Shown piece after piece: positions 46,619 to 57,991 of a DNA stretch of 64,000 bases (the first letter of the stretch is position 1; the number at the start of each line of letters is the position of its first letter). The translations under genes were made by a program, and so were the position numbers. The notes beneath the pieces are model-generated. The model had not been told where the DNA came from and ran no database searches. It saw only the letters and a program-made list of their open reading frames with translations. Source of the stretch: an uncultured Actinomycetes bacterium (GTDB lineage: Bacteria; Actinomycetota; Thermoleophilia; Gaiellales; JAICJC01); the NCBI GenBank assembly GCA_963746115.1, contig CAVVAA010000003.1:663368-727367 (forward strand), in the 5' to 3' direction.

Positions 46619-47664
46619 TCAGGACTGGACGTCCGACCCGCTCACGCCCCACGTGTCCGAGAGCAGGTAGCCCTCCGGGAACGGGTCGGTGGGGTCGACC
46701 AGGAGCTGCGAGACGCCGGTGATCCAGGCGCTCCCGCGGATCGCCGGGACGATGGCGGGCCGGTCGCCGACGCGGGTCTCCGAGACGATGCGCCCGTCGA
46801 AGGTCGAACCGATCGCCGACGCGTGCGTCATGCCGTCCCCGGGCCGCATCAGCCCGCGGGCGTGGAGCGCCGCCATGCGGGCCGAGAGCCCCGTGCCGGT
46901 CGGCCGACCGGTCGAGCCGCCCCGGCGCCACCACGACCGCGTTCCGGCTCACCGCGCCGACGCCCTGCCATGGCCCGGCGATCTGGACGATGCTGACGCC
47001 GGCGATGTCGGGGTTCTCCGGGTGGGCGCAGGGGAGCTGCTCGCGGGCCGCGGCGCGGATGCGCTCGCCCGCCAGCGACAGGTCGCGGGCCTCGTCCGGC
47101 TCGATCGCGAACCCGAGCGCGGCGGCGTCGGCGATCGCGTACCACATGCCGCCGTAGCTCACGTCGACGGTCAGCGTGCCCAGGCCCTCGACCTCGAGCA
47201 CTGCGTCCAGGCGGTCGGCGAACGCGGCCACGTTCGTCACCTCGACGCTCTCGCAGCGGCCTTCGCGGCAGCGCGCCCGTACCTCGACGACGCCGCCGGG
47301 GGCCTCGAGCCGCATCGTCGTCTCGGGCTCGCGTCATCGCCACGATGCCCGTCTCGAGCAGCACCGTCGCCGTGCAGATCGTGTTCGAGCCCGACATCGG
47401 CGGGTACTCGGTCGGCTCCATGATGATGAACCCGGCGTCGCAGTCGGGCCGCGTCGGCGGCACGAGCAGATTCGCGTGGCAGGCGACGCTGCCGCGTGGC
47501 TCGCGCAGGAGCAGCTTGCGCAGCCCGTCTCCGTCGCGGCGCAGGGCCTGCATCTGCTCGAAGACGGTCGCGCCGGGCGGCGGCAGCACGCCGCCGGTGA
47601 CGACGTTTCCGACCTCGCCGCCCGCGTGGCAGCCGACCACCGTGATCACCCGGCCTGCGCGCAT
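46619..47664 (-). CDS. proline racemase family protein, Ser/Thr type (frameshifted)
   Basis: [33 protein letters not shown] and DRS.TGTG. Confidence 0.85.
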
Positions 47665-47711
47665 CGGCGGCGAGTGTACCGGCGCCGCGCGGAGGGGGTA
47701 GGGTGGCGGGC

Positions 47712-48249
47712 GTGCGGATCCCGCCGCTTCGGACACCACGGCTGACGGTCCGCGAGCTCGAGGGCGGCGATCGCAGCGCCGTCGAGGAGGTGATCGGCGG
47801 CGACCGGGAGCGGTGGCTGCGGTGGACCGAGCTCTCATACGCAGCAGCTCGCCGAGCTGCGCCAGCCGCCGTACGGCGAGCGCGGAATCGCACTGAACGA
47901 GTCCGGCCGCCTGGTCGGGCTCGTCGGGCTCGTCCCGTCGCTCGGGCCGTTCGGCCTGCTGCCTTCCTGGCCCGAGCAAGGGCGCCGGTTCGTGCCCGAG
48001 GTCGGGCTCTACTGGGCCGTCGCACCGGCGTTCCGGCGCCGCGGGATCGCCGCCGAGGCGGCCGCCGCGCTCATTGACCATGCGTTCGCCGAGCTCGGCC
48101 TCGCCCGCGTCGTCGCAACGACCGAGCGCGAGAACCTCGCCTCGATCGGCGTGATGCGGCGGCTGGGCATGCGCGTCGAGGAGAATCCGGAGCCCGAGCC
48201 GGCCTGGTTCCAGGTGGTCGGGATCCTCAGCCACGACCGAGAGGGGTGA
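47712..48249 (+). CDS. GNAT (RimJ/RimL-like) N-acetyltransferase (frameshift near 47845)
   Basis: [31 protein letters not shown] and [13 protein letters not shown]. Confidence 0.82.
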
Positions 48250-48251
48250 GC

Positions 48252-48573
48252 ATGGAACAGCCGGGGGGCATCCACTTCGTCGTCCGCTTCCGGGGCGGCG
48301 ACTTCGAAAGCTGGAAGGCGGCCTTCGACGAACACGAGCCGCAGCGGGTCAAGCACGGCGCCATCGGCCACTGGATCGCGCCGCTCCGTCGACGATCCCA
48401 GCGAGTTCGTCGGCGTCGTCGAGTTCACGTCTCGCGGCGGCGCCCGAGCCTATGCCGGCGACGTCGACCGGTTGGATTTGCAGCGCGCGCTCCTGATCGA
48501 CGGCGGGCCGCACGAGAAGACCTGGGACGAGGCCATCGTCGAGACGCTCGCCACGGTGCGGTACGCGCAGTGA
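48252..48573 (+). CDS. small hypothetical protein, dimeric alpha/beta-barrel-like (frameshift near 48380)
   Basis: [36 protein letters not shown]; coupled to both neighbours. Confidence 0.6.
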
Positions 48574-49370
48574 CGGGGCCCGACGGGATCCACGCCGAGA
48601 CCGCCGGAGAAGGCCCGGCGATCGTCCTCGTCCACGCGGGCATCTGCGACAGCGGCATGTGGGACGCGCAGTGGAGCACGCTTGCCGCCGGGCACCGCCT
48701 CGTCCGTCACGACATGCGCGGGTTCGGCCGCTCGCCGATGCCTCCCGGGGCGTACTCGCACGCCCGTGACGTGATCGCCGTGATGGACGCGGCCGGCGTC
48801 TCCGAGGCCGTGCTCGTCGGCGCGTCGCTGGGCGGCCGCGTCGCGCTCGAGGTGGCGCTCGCGCACCCCGAGCGGGTGTCGGCGCTTGTGCTGGTCGGCT
48901 CCGGGCTACCCGGCCACGAGTGGTCGGATGCCGTCCGCGAGTACGGCGCGGCCGAGGAGGAGGCGATCGAGCGGGGCGACCTCGACGGGGCCGCAGACGC
49001 CAACGTGCGCTTCTGGGTTGACGGCCCCCGACGCCGGCCCGAGGAGGTCGATGCCGACGTGCGCCGCCGCGTGCACGCGATGCAGCTGCGGGCGCTCGAG
49101 CTGCAGGTGCCGAGCTACGAGGCGGACGGCGACCTCGAGGAGCTGCTGGTGCCCGACGCCGGCGACCGCCTCGGCGAGGTCGCCCAGCCGGCCCTCGTCC
49201 TCGTCGGCGAGGCCGATCAGCCCGACATCCACGCCATCGCCGGGCGGCTCATGGGCGGCCTCGCCCATCCCACCGCCGCCACGATCCCCGGTGCCGCCCA
49301 CCTCCCGAGCATGGAGCGGCCCGCCCTCTTCGACGGCCTCGTGACGGACTTCCTCAGCCCACCGGCTTGA
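48570..49370 (+). CDS. alpha/beta fold hydrolase
   Basis: LVHAG, DMRGFGRS, GASLGG, LVGEAD and AAHLPSMERP. Confidence 0.88.
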   Translation: MTGPDGIHAETAGEGPAIVLVHAGICDSGMWDAQWSTLAAGHRLVRHDMRGFGRSPMPPGAYSHARDVIAVMDAAGVSEAVLVGASLGGRVALEVALAHPERVSALVLVGSGLPGHEWSDAVREYGAAEEEAIERGDLDGAADANVRFWVDGPRRRPEEVDADVRRRVHAMQLRALELQVPSYEADGDLEELLVPDAGDRLGEVAQPALVLVGEADQPDIHAIAGRLMGGLAHPTAATIPGAAHLPSMERPALFDGLVTDFLSPPA

Positions 49371-51351
49371 GCGACCGGGCGATCGCGATCATCTCCGGGT
49401 CGGTGAGGTCGTCGAGCAGGGTGTTCTGCACCCAGTAGGCGACGCCGTTCTGGATGAAGGCGATCGTCTGGATGTGGCTGCCGTTGAAGAAGAACAGGTA
49501 CGTGCGCCCGTCCAGGTGGCGAGTCAGCGTTCGGCGTCTGCAGGAGCGGCGCGTCGGTGTAGCGGGTCTCCTCGATGCCCCAGTAGGCGTCGCCCGACGG
49601 CGCGGACATGTGGAAGACGGCGTACGTCGAGTTCCAGCCGTGGCCCGCGGCGGGGATGCCGTAGATGCGGGTGGGGGAGGTGGACGTGCCCTCGCAGCTG
49701 AGGACGCCCGGGCCGGCCGGCTTCGGCACCCACGGGCACAGGGTCGAGTCCGCCTGGCCGACGGTCGGGTACATGATCGGGAATTGCAGCACGTGCTGGG
49801 CGTGGAGGAAGTCGGCCCGGTACTCCGTCGTCGGCGTGATCGTGGACGGCGGTCCGGCCGGCTTCGTCGGCTGCTTCTTCGGGGCCGTCACGGCCAGCTT
49901 GCCGTCGAAGCCCTTGCCGATCACGACCGCCACCTGTGCGCGCGGCCCGGTCGCGTTCGCGATCGCGGCGGGCATCGCCGCGGCCGTCGCGCCGTCGCCC
50001 AGGATGTGCGCCAGGTCGCCGGCGACCGCCGCGGCGCCCGGGCGGTAGTAGGCCCAGGTGTCGCGGATAGGTCTGGATGGGGGCGTTCCCGGCGTGGGCG
50101 CGGTAGCCCCACGCGTCCAGGCCGGTGACCGTCTTTCCGGCCGCGCCCTTGACGCCGTTTCCGTTCAGCACCGCCACGTGCACGCCGGTGGGGTCGACCG
50201 CCGGCTTCCAGGCGGGCGTCGTGTGCGTCTTGTGGCCCGTCGGGATCGATGCCGCGGCGTTCCCGAGCTGCCACGGGTGCTCGCCATTGCGAGATGGCCT
50301 CGGGCAGGTTCGTCACCTCGAGGGCGGCCTCGCCGTCGGGCGCGTTGTACGGCGTCCAGTCGAGGTGGATGCTGACGACGTGCGAGCGGGCCTGGTAGGC
50401 GGTCGCTGCGAACGAGAGCAGCGTCCGCGGGCTGGGCGCCTTGCCGCCCGGGCCGACGATCGTGACGCTGTCCGAGATCGCGCCCAGGAGGTCGTTGATG
50501 AACGGGATGTCGGTCACGGAGATCCCGTGGAAGCGGTCGGACGCGCGCGCCTGGAACGCGCGCAGGAACATCTGCTGACGGGCCTGGCGGTGGAAGTCGT
50601 CGTCGGTGTGGCGGTAACGCGAGAAGGCCAGCGCGTCGGCCCCCTTCAGGCGCTGGTAGCCGGGGGCGATGTCGATCGCCGAGAAGCCCGTGTACTGCGA
50701 CTGCTCGGGCGGGTTGTAGTAGTACTGGTCGACGTTCACGTAGATGCCGCCGAGCGTGTCGACGAGCCGCTGGAACCCGGCGAAGTCGACGTTGATCAGG
50801 TAGTTGGGCTTGAGGCCGGTGACCCCCTCGACCGCCTCCAGCGAGGCGTTGTCGCCGCCGGTCGAGTAGACGGAGTTGATCTTCGCGCCCAGGCTCGGCA
50901 CCCACAGGTCACGGGGGATCGAGAGCAGCGAGATCACATGGTGCTTCGGATCGAGCCGGGCCAGCATCAGCGTGTCGGAGAGGCCGTTCTTGCCCGTGGC
51001 TCCGTCGGTGCGGTGGTCGGAGCCGATCATGAGCGCCGTGATCGGCTGGGACGACGTCGGGATCTGCGGCGCGAGGTGCTTCGACGCCTTCTTGTCGGTG
51101 CCGTGGAGCTTGGTGACCTTGTTGTAGACGTTGTTCAGGTACCAGAGCTCGTAGCCGCCGGCGGCCAGCACCACGACCACGAGCAGGCCGAGCACCATGA
51201 GGGTGTAGCGCGCCCAGCGGGGTAGGCGGTGACGCCGGCGGCGTCCCCGGCGGGGCGGCTTCTGCGGCGGTCCACTTTCGTAGACCACCATGTTCGCGCG
51301 CCGGGGGGAATCTCCCTCGCCCGGACCTCTGGGCGGCGTCGTCGTTGCCAA
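49354..51351 (-). CDS. LCP (LytR-CpsA-Psr) family protein with LytR_C domain (frameshifted)
   Basis: TM anchor, IGSDHR, SDTLM, LSIPRDLWV, AFSRYRHTDDDFHRQARQQ and VAVLNGNG. Confidence 0.88.
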
Positions 51352-51460
51352 GCAGCTCCTCGATCGCAGCGGCCGGCGGCACGCGGCGACGTTGGCGGGG
51401 CACGGGTCGGCGGAGTATACGGCACCGATCCCGCGGCCTCGTTGGAGACCGGTTGGACAG

Positions 51461-51490
51461 TGAATACACCGGGTCAGACCCCGGTATTCA
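51461..51490. repeat. hairpin with GGGTC-A-GACCC core (REP-like or terminator)
   Basis: TGAATAC..CCGGGTCAGACCCCGGTATTCA, immediately downstream of the cNMP-binding gene. Confidence 0.5.
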
Positions 51491-51495
51491 TGGTT

Positions 51496-51930
51496 TCAGT
51501 GCGCCGGGGAGCGCTCCGAGGCGCGCAGCCGCTCGGCCATCGTCTGGAGGAGCGCGATCGCGATCCGCGGCTCCTCCTGCACGGTCTTCAGAAAGGCGTT
51601 TCGCCCGAGCAGCATCGCGAAGACGTCGGTCTGCGCCTCGACGGTCGCCGCCCTGGGGGCGGCGTCGAGCAGCGCCATCTCGCCGAACCAGTCGCCGGCC
51701 CCGAGCCGCACCCCGCGCTTGCCCGGCAGCTTCACCAGCGCGGTGCCGTCGAGGATGACATAGAAGCTGTCGCCGCGGTCGCCCGCGCGGACGATCGACG
51801 TGAAGCGCGCGTAGCGGCGCGTCTTGGCAAGCCGCGCGATCTTGTTCAGGTGGCGCTTGGAGAGGCCGGCGAAGAGCGGAATCTCGCCGAGAACTTCCGC
51901 CCAGCCACGGCCCATCGAATCGGTCGGCAT
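51496..51930 (-). CDS. stand-alone cyclic nucleotide-binding domain protein
   Basis: IPLFAGLS, GDSFYVILDG and the phosphate-binding cassette FGEMALLDAAPRAATV; no HTH. Confidence 0.9.
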   Translation of the reverse strand: MPTDSMGRGWAEVLGEIPLFAGLSKRHLNKIARLAKTRRYARFTSIVRAGDRGDSFYVILDGTALVKLPGKRGVRLGAGDWFGEMALLDAAPRAATVEAQTDVFAMLLGRNAFLKTVQEEPRIAIALLQTMAERLRASERSPAH

Positions 51931-52019
51931 CGAGGTCTCCCGGGGTCGGTCGCGGGCGAGTATTGCACGAATCGAGGCGACGGCGCCGCCTCGGATTTGA
52001 CGGCCGCGGGCGAGATGGG

Positions 52020-52054
52020 CATACTTAGGCCGCCCTAAGGTTAGGGCACCCTAA
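52020..52054 (+). promoter_or_regulatory. DtxR/IdeR iron box (tandem)
   Basis: TAAGGTTAGGGCACCCTAA at 52036-54 and overlapping TTAGGCCGCCCTAA, directly upstream of efeUOB. Confidence 0.8.
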
Positions 52055-52078
52055 GAGCTGAAGGATGGGAGTCGCGCG

Positions 52079-52947
52079 TTGCTACCGACGTTCGTGATCG
52101 GCCTGCGTGAAGGCGTCGAGGCGTCGCTCATCGTCGGGCATCGTCGCCGCCTTCCTGCGCCAGCGGCGGCCATCGGATGCGCTCCGCGCGATGTGGGCCG
52201 GCGTCGGCCTCGCCGTCGTGCTCTGCGCCGGCGTCGCCGTGGGCTGCAGGTCGCTCGACGAGAAGCTGCCCGCAGCGCCAGCAGGAGGCGCTCGAGACCG
52301 TCGTCGCCTGCAGTGGCGGTGGGCATGGTCACGTTCATGATCGTCTGGATGCGCGAGCCACGCCCGCGACCTCGCGGGGGAGCTGCGCGCAAGCGCCGCC
52401 GACGCGCTCGCGCACCGGGTCGGCCTGGGCGCTCGTCGCGCATGGCCTTCCTCGCCGTCCTGCGCGAGGGCATCGAGACCGCCGTCTTCCTGCTCGCCGC
52501 CTTCCAGGCCTCGGGCGACGCGACCGCGGCCGGGCTCGGCGCCGCGCTCGGCATCGTCGTCGCGGTCGTGATCGGCTTCGGCATCTACCGCGGCGGCGTC
52601 CGCCTCAACCTGGGCCGCTTCTTCCGGGTCACCGGCCGTCGTGCTCGTGCTGGTCGCCGCCGGTCTGGTCGCGAGCGCCATCCACACCGCCCACGAGGCG
52701 GCGTGGCTCAACAGCCTCCAGGCCAGCGCGCTCGACCTGAGCTGGCTCGTGCGCCCCGGCACGATCACGAGCTCGCGCTGCTCACCGGCGTGCTCGGCAT
52801 CCAGCCCCAGCCGACGGTCGGCGAGGCGTTCGGGTGGCTCCTCTACGCGGTCCCGATGCTGGCATTCGTCCTGCTCGCCGCGTCCGGTCAGGCGCCGGGG
52901 CAAGCGCGGCCCGTTCGCCGGTCCGCCTCCCGCGCGAGGCGGCGTGA
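52079..52947 (+). CDS. efeU: FTR1-family iron permease (frameshifted)
   Basis: Two REGxE motifs (LREGVEA, LREGIET) and many TM segments. Confidence 0.85.
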
Positions 52948-54108
52948 GCGCTCGCCGGGGGCTCGTCGCGATCGCCGCAGCGGCGATCGCGGCGGCGTCG
53001 GGGTGCGGCGGGTCGCGGCGGGCGATTCGTCGGCTCCGAAGGGCGCACGACACGGTCAGCGGTCACGCTGAGCGACGGGGGCTGCGCGCCTGCGAACGGT
53101 GGCCGGCAAGGCCGGCGTCTACCACTTCGTCGTCACGAACTCGGGCAGCTCGCAAGGTCACCGAGCTCGAGGTCGTGAACACGCAAGGACATCATCCTCG
53201 GCGAGCGCGAGAACGTCGTCCCGGGCATCTCCGGGACGTTCTCGCTGACGCTTCAGCCGGGCACCTACACGCTCCAGTGCCCGAACGGCGAACGACGACC
53301 GAAGGCCGTCCTGCGGGTGACCGGGCACCGGGCTCGCCACCGGCGGGCGGGCCGACGGCGGCGCTGCTGCAGACGGCGACGTCGCGGCTACCACGAGCTA
53401 CGTCGATCGGCGAGGCCGCCAACCTGCTGGCAGGCAACCGGCGAGTTCGTGACCGCCCTGAAGGCCGGGAACCTGCAGGAGGCCAAGGAGCTGTTCGGCC
53501 CGACCCGCACCCACTACGAGGCGATCGAGCCGGTCGCCGAGAGCTTCGGCGACCTCGACCCGGAGATCGACGCCCGCGTGAACGACGTCGCCAACGTGTC
53601 CGGACTGGACCGGGCTTCCACCGCATCGAGAAGATCCTGTGGGTGCAGGGCACGACTCGGGGGCACGGGCATCTATGCGGCGAAGCTGCTGGCCGACGTG
53701 ACCACGCTCTACCACGCGTGCAGACGCTCACGTACCAGCCGGCCCAGCTCGCGAACGGCGCCGTCGAGCTGCTGAACGAGGTCGCGAGCTCGAAGATCAC
53801 CGGCGAGGAGGATCGCTACTCGCACACCGACCTCTCCGACTTCGCAGGGCAACCTGACCGGCGCCCGCACCGCCTTCGAGCTGCTCGTGCCCGCGCTCCG
53901 AAACTCCGGTAACCGCGCCCTCGTGCACACGATCGAGGGGCGCTTCGCCGCCGTCGAGAACACGCTCGACACGTACCGCCGCCCGACGCCGCTCGGCTTC
54001 GCCCCCTACGGGGCGCTCACCCCGCAGGACCGCCTCCAGCTGGCGCCGGAGGTCGACGCGCTGGCCGAGCCGCTCTCGACGGTGGCGGCCAGGGTGTCGC
54101 AATCGTAG
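52944..54108 (+). CDS. efeO: iron uptake lipoprotein EfeO (cupredoxin + imelysin-like), frameshifted
   Basis: Lipobox ASGC, GERENVVPG, YEAIEPVAESFGDLDPEIDAR, GFHRIEK and SKITGEEDRYSHTDL. Confidence 0.88.
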
Positions 54109-55377
54109 GCGGGCCGGGAGCGCCGGGCTCGGGCCTGACCCGCAGGCGCCTGCTGCAGGCGACAGGGGGCGGCGCCATCGGTCTGGCCGGGGCGGGGGCC
54201 GTCGGGTATGCGATCGGATCGAGCGGGGAGGACGGCGGCACAGGCGACGCGGCGACGGTGCCGTTCCACAGCGAGCACCAGGCGGGGATCCTCACGCCGC
54301 CGCCCGACCGGCTCATGTTCGCGGCGTTCGACCTCACGATCTCGACCGCCGGCGAGCTGCGCGATCTGCTCCGGACATGGTCGGACGCCGCGGCGAAGAT
54401 GACGGTCGGGCGCACGGCAGGGTCGCCGGCGGGCCCGCAGGACGCGCCGCCGGAGGACACTGGCGAGGCCGTCGGCCTGCCGGCGGCGAGCCTCACGGTC
54501 ACGTTCGGGCTGGGCCCGAGCGTCTTCCTGCAGGACGGGCGCGACCGCTTCGGCCTCGCGTCGCGGCGGCCGGGGCCGCTCTCGCCGCTCGGCCCGCTGC
54601 CGGGCGACCAGCTCGACCCGGCCCGCTCCGACGGCGACCTGTGCGTCCAGGCCTGCGCCGACGATCCGCAGGTCGCCTTCCACGCGGTCCGAGACCTGGC
54701 CCGGATCGCCCGCGGCGCCGCGGTCATGCGCTGGACGCAGCTCGGGTTCGGGCGCGCCGCGTCGACGTCGCAGGTTGCGGTCACGCCGCGCAACCTGCAG
54801 GGGTTCAAGGACGGCACGAACAATCTCGACGCACGCAACGACGGCGAGATGCGCCGCTTCGTGTGGGTCGGCTCCGACGAGCCGCAGGCCTGGATGCGCG
54901 GCGGCACGTACGTCGGTCACGCGCCGCATCCGGATGCTGATCGAGACCTGGGACCGGTCGGCGCTCGGCGACCAGGAGGCGACGATCGGGCGGACCAAGA
55001 TCTCCGGCGCGCCGCTCGGGGCGAAGCACGAGCACGACCCGGTCGACCTGTCCGCGCGCCGATCGGACGGCGATCCGGAGATCCCGATGGACGCCCACAT
55101 CCGGCTCGCGTCGCACGTGACCAACGATGGGCTGCGGATCCTCCGGCGCGGCTACTCGTACACGGACGGCATCGACCCGGCGACGGGCGAGCTCGACGCC
55201 GGCCTCTTCTTCATCTGCTTCCAGCGCGACCCGCACGTCCAGTTCGCGGCGCTGCAGCGGCGGCTGGGCTCCGGCGACGCGCTGAACGAGTACATCAAGC
55301 ACACGTCGAGCGCGGTCTTCGCGGTCCCTGCAGGCATCTCCCCGGGCGGATATGTTGGGCAGGGATTGTTCACATGA
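54105..55377 (+). CDS. efeB: Dyp-type peroxidase/deferrochelatase EfeB (start approximate, frameshift near 54915)
   Basis: Tat motif LTRRRLL, PFHSEHQAGI, GFKDGTNN, HIRLA, LRRGYSY and LNEYI. Confidence 0.88.
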
Positions 55378-56141
55378 GCTTCGACGTCTCCGCAGACGCG
55401 TACGACCGCTTCATGGGCCGTTACTCGGCGACCCTGTCGTCGCAGCTTGCCGACCTCGCGGGCGTGACGAGCGGGCAGCGGGTGCTCGACGTCGGTTGCG
55501 GGTCGGGGATGCTCACCGCCGAGCTGGTCGCGCGGCTGGGCGCCGCCTCGGTGGCGGCGATCGACCCGTCCGTGCCCTTCGTCGAGGCGGTGCGCGACCG
55601 GCATCCCGGCGTCGACGTGCGCCACGGCGTCGCCGGGGAGCTGCCCTTCGGCGACGGCGAGTTCGACGCCGCGCTGTCCCAGCTCGTCGTCAACTTCATG
55701 CCGGACCCGGTGGCCGGGCTGCGCGAGATGGCGCGCGTCACGCGGCCGGGCGGCGCCGTCGCCGCGTCGGTCTGGGACCTGGCCGGCGGCCGGTCGCCGC
55801 TCGGCCCGTTCTGGGGGGCGGCGGTCGCGCTCGACCCGAACGCCCGCGACGAGGGGACGGCCGCCGGCGGGCGCGCGGGCCACATGAAGGCGCTGTTCGC
55901 CGAGGCCGGCATCGAGGAAGTCCGCGAGGTCGAGCAGCCCGCCGCGGTCGAACATCAGAGGTTCGAGGACTGGTGGGAGCCGTTCACGCTCGGCGTCGGC
56001 CCGGCAGGGAGCTACCTGGTCGGTCTCGACCGGGAGCGGCAGGCAGCGGTGCGGGAGCGGGCGCGCGAGGACCTCGGCGACGGCCCGGTCTCGATCCCTG
56101 CGTTCGTCTGGGCGGCGTGTGGCGTCAGCCCGTCCCGCTGA
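55374..56141 (+). CDS. class I SAM-dependent methyltransferase
   Basis: AYDRFMGRYS, VLDVGCGSG, LPFGDGEFD and MARVTRPGG. Confidence 0.9.
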   Translation: MSFDVSADAYDRFMGRYSATLSSQLADLAGVTSGQRVLDVGCGSGMLTAELVARLGAASVAAIDPSVPFVEAVRDRHPGVDVRHGVAGELPFGDGEFDAALSQLVVNFMPDPVAGLREMARVTRPGGAVAASVWDLAGGRSPLGPFWGAAVALDPNARDEGTAAGGRAGHMKALFAEAGIEEVREVEQPAAVEHQRFEDWWEPFTLGVGPAGSYLVGLDRERQAAVRERAREDLGDGPVSIPAFVWAACGVSPSR

Positions 56142-57174
56142 CGATCCGGCGGTAGCCCCCCGGGTCGCTCGCGCCCTCGGTGGCGACGAGCAGGACGCGG
56201 GTCTCGGATCCCATGCCCACCGCCTCCCGCAGCGGCGCGCACTCCGCCTCGGTCGCGAGGGCGGCGAGCGCGGCGAGCGTCGCTGCGCCGCAGTCGCCGA
56301 TCGTGAGGCCGAGGGCCGCCAGGCTGCGCATCGCCGCGTGCGTATCGGCGTCGGAGACGGTGACCATGCCGTGGATGCCGTCCCGCAGCGTGGGCCAGGC
56401 GGACATCGAGATCTCCGCGCAGTCGAGGCCGGCCATGCTCGTCCCCGGCGTCGCGACCTGCGTCGGCGTCCCTGCGGCGAGTGACGCGGTCAGACAGGCG
56501 GCCGTCTCCGGCTCGACGCCCACGACCGCTGCGCCCGTCGCGGCGCCATGGCGGGCCGCGGCCGCGGCAAGCGAGCCGCACCCCACGGGGACGAGTATCA
56601 GGTCGTGTGCGGCCTGGGCCTGGGCCTCGGCGAAGAGCGTGTGATAGCCGTCGATCACCCACCGGGCCGGGCCGGAATCGCCGATATCGGCGATCTCGAT
56701 CGCGGCCGGCTGCGCAGCCGCCTCGGCGGCCGCGGCTACGGCGTCCTCGTAGGTGCCGTCCACGACGACGACCTCGGCGCCCTCCCTGGCGATCGCCTCG
56801 CGCCGGCCCGGCGTCGAGCGCACGGGCAGGAAGATGCGCGCCGCGAGGCCGCGCACGGCGGCCACATGGGCGACGGCGCGCCCGTGGTTCCCCGCGCTCG
56901 CGGCGACGAGGGTGCGCACGTCCGGCCGTTCCCGCAGTGCCCGCTCGACCGCCCACGACGCGCCCAGCACCTTGAACGCCGGCAGGCCGAGCCGGTCGGA
57001 CTCGTCCTTGAGCGCGACCGCGCCGAGGCCCAGCTCGCGGGCAACCGGGAGGTCGTGGACGGGCGTGGGCCGGTATCCGTCCATCGCCTCGTGGAATGCG
57101 CGTGCCTCCGCGCTCGGGGCCGGCACCTGGGTCGGGTCGGCCGCGGTGTTCACGAGTGCACGCATGACGCGCAT
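56125..57174 (-). CDS. PLP-dependent enzyme, diaminopropionate ammonia-lyase-like
   Basis: LKDESDRLGLPAFKVLGASWA, ASAGNHGRAVA, VPVGCGSLA and TSMAGLDC. Confidence 0.82.
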   Translation of the reverse strand: MRVMRALVNTAADPTQVPAPSAEARAFHEAMDGYRPTPVHDLPVARELGLGAVALKDESDRLGLPAFKVLGASWAVERALRERPDVRTLVAASAGNHGRAVAHVAAVRGLAARIFLPVRSTPGRREAIAREGAEVVVVDGTYEDAVAAAAEAAAQPAAIEIADIGDSGPARWVIDGYHTLFAEAQAQAAHDLILVPVGCGSLAAAAARHGAATGAAVVGVEPETAACLTASLAAGTPTQVATPGTSMAGLDCAEISMSAWPTLRDGIHGMVTVSDADTHAAMRSLAALGLTIGDCGAATLAALAALATEAECAPLREAVGMGSETRVLLVATEGASDPGGYRRIVSGTG

Positions 57175-57956
57175 TCTGTCATCGCCCCCGCGACGCCGAA
57201 GAGCGCCACCCAGTCCCACACGTCCAGCTCGTAGGGGCGGGCGTCCGCGGCCAGGCCACGGCCGCGCGCGAACCGCTTCCACGTGCGCGGCGGCAGCCCC
57301 AGCGCCCGCCGCACGGGGCGGGCGTCGTGGGTGAAGCCGGCGTCGAGGAACGCGCGGTAGGCGGCGGCCCGCTCCGCGGAGACCAGCGCCGGCCGCCGGG
57401 GCCGGATCGCGAGGAGGACGGCGTCGACCCGGGGCGGCGGGTCGAAGCATGCGGCGGGCAGGTGCCGCTCGGCCTGCAGCCGCCACCAGGGCTGCCACCG
57501 CAGCGAGAGCATCGCCGAGGGTCGCGTCACCGCCCTCTTGCGGGCCAGGCCCTCCTGGACGATCAGGTCGGCCTGGCGCAGCTCCGAGGCAGGGTTGTCG
57601 AGCAGGCGGCGCAGGATCGGCGTCGTGATCGCGAACGGCACGTTGCCGACGACGCGGTGCGGCTCCGCAGGGGGCGCGAGCGTGAGGAAGTCCGCCTCGA
57701 CCACGGTCACCCGCTCGCCGCCGTACCGGCGCCGCAGCGAGCCGGCCAGCTCGGGATCGCGCTCGACGGCGACGACCCGCGCTCCGGCCGTGCGGAGCGG
57801 GGCCGTCAGCCGGCCGAAGCCGGCGCCGATCTCGACGACGAGCTCGCCCTCGCACACGCCGGCCGAGGCGACGATTTCGGCGGCCAGCTCAGCGTTACGC
57901 AGGAAGTGCCGGCCGTGGCCGGTCTGCGGCCGTGCGCCGCGCCCTCGCGCGGCCAC
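57150..57956 (-). CDS. Erm-like rRNA adenine N6-methyltransferase
   Basis: GRHFL, VVEIGAGFGRLT, VAVERD, VVGNVPFAITTPILRRLL and FDPPPRVDAVLL; closer in style to Erm than to KsgA. Confidence 0.75.
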   Translation of the reverse strand: MAARGRGARPQTGHGRHFLRNAELAAEIVASAGVCEGELVVEIGAGFGRLTAPLRTAGARVVAVERDPELAGSLRRRYGGERVTVVEADFLTLAPPAEPHRVVGNVPFAITTPILRRLLDNPASELRQADLIVQEGLARKRAVTRPSAMLSLRWQPWWRLQAERHLPAACFDPPPRVDAVLLAIRPRRPALVSAERAAAYRAFLDAGFTHDARPVRRALGLPPRTWKRFARGRGLAADARPYELDVWDWVALFGVAGAMTECASCVHS

Positions 57957-57991
57957 GGAACGTCACCGTGAAGGAACCCATCGCGATCAGC

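Noticed and set aside
52020-55377. efeUOB with an IdeR box as a novel system
   Set aside because: Well-described iron uptake system with the expected regulation.
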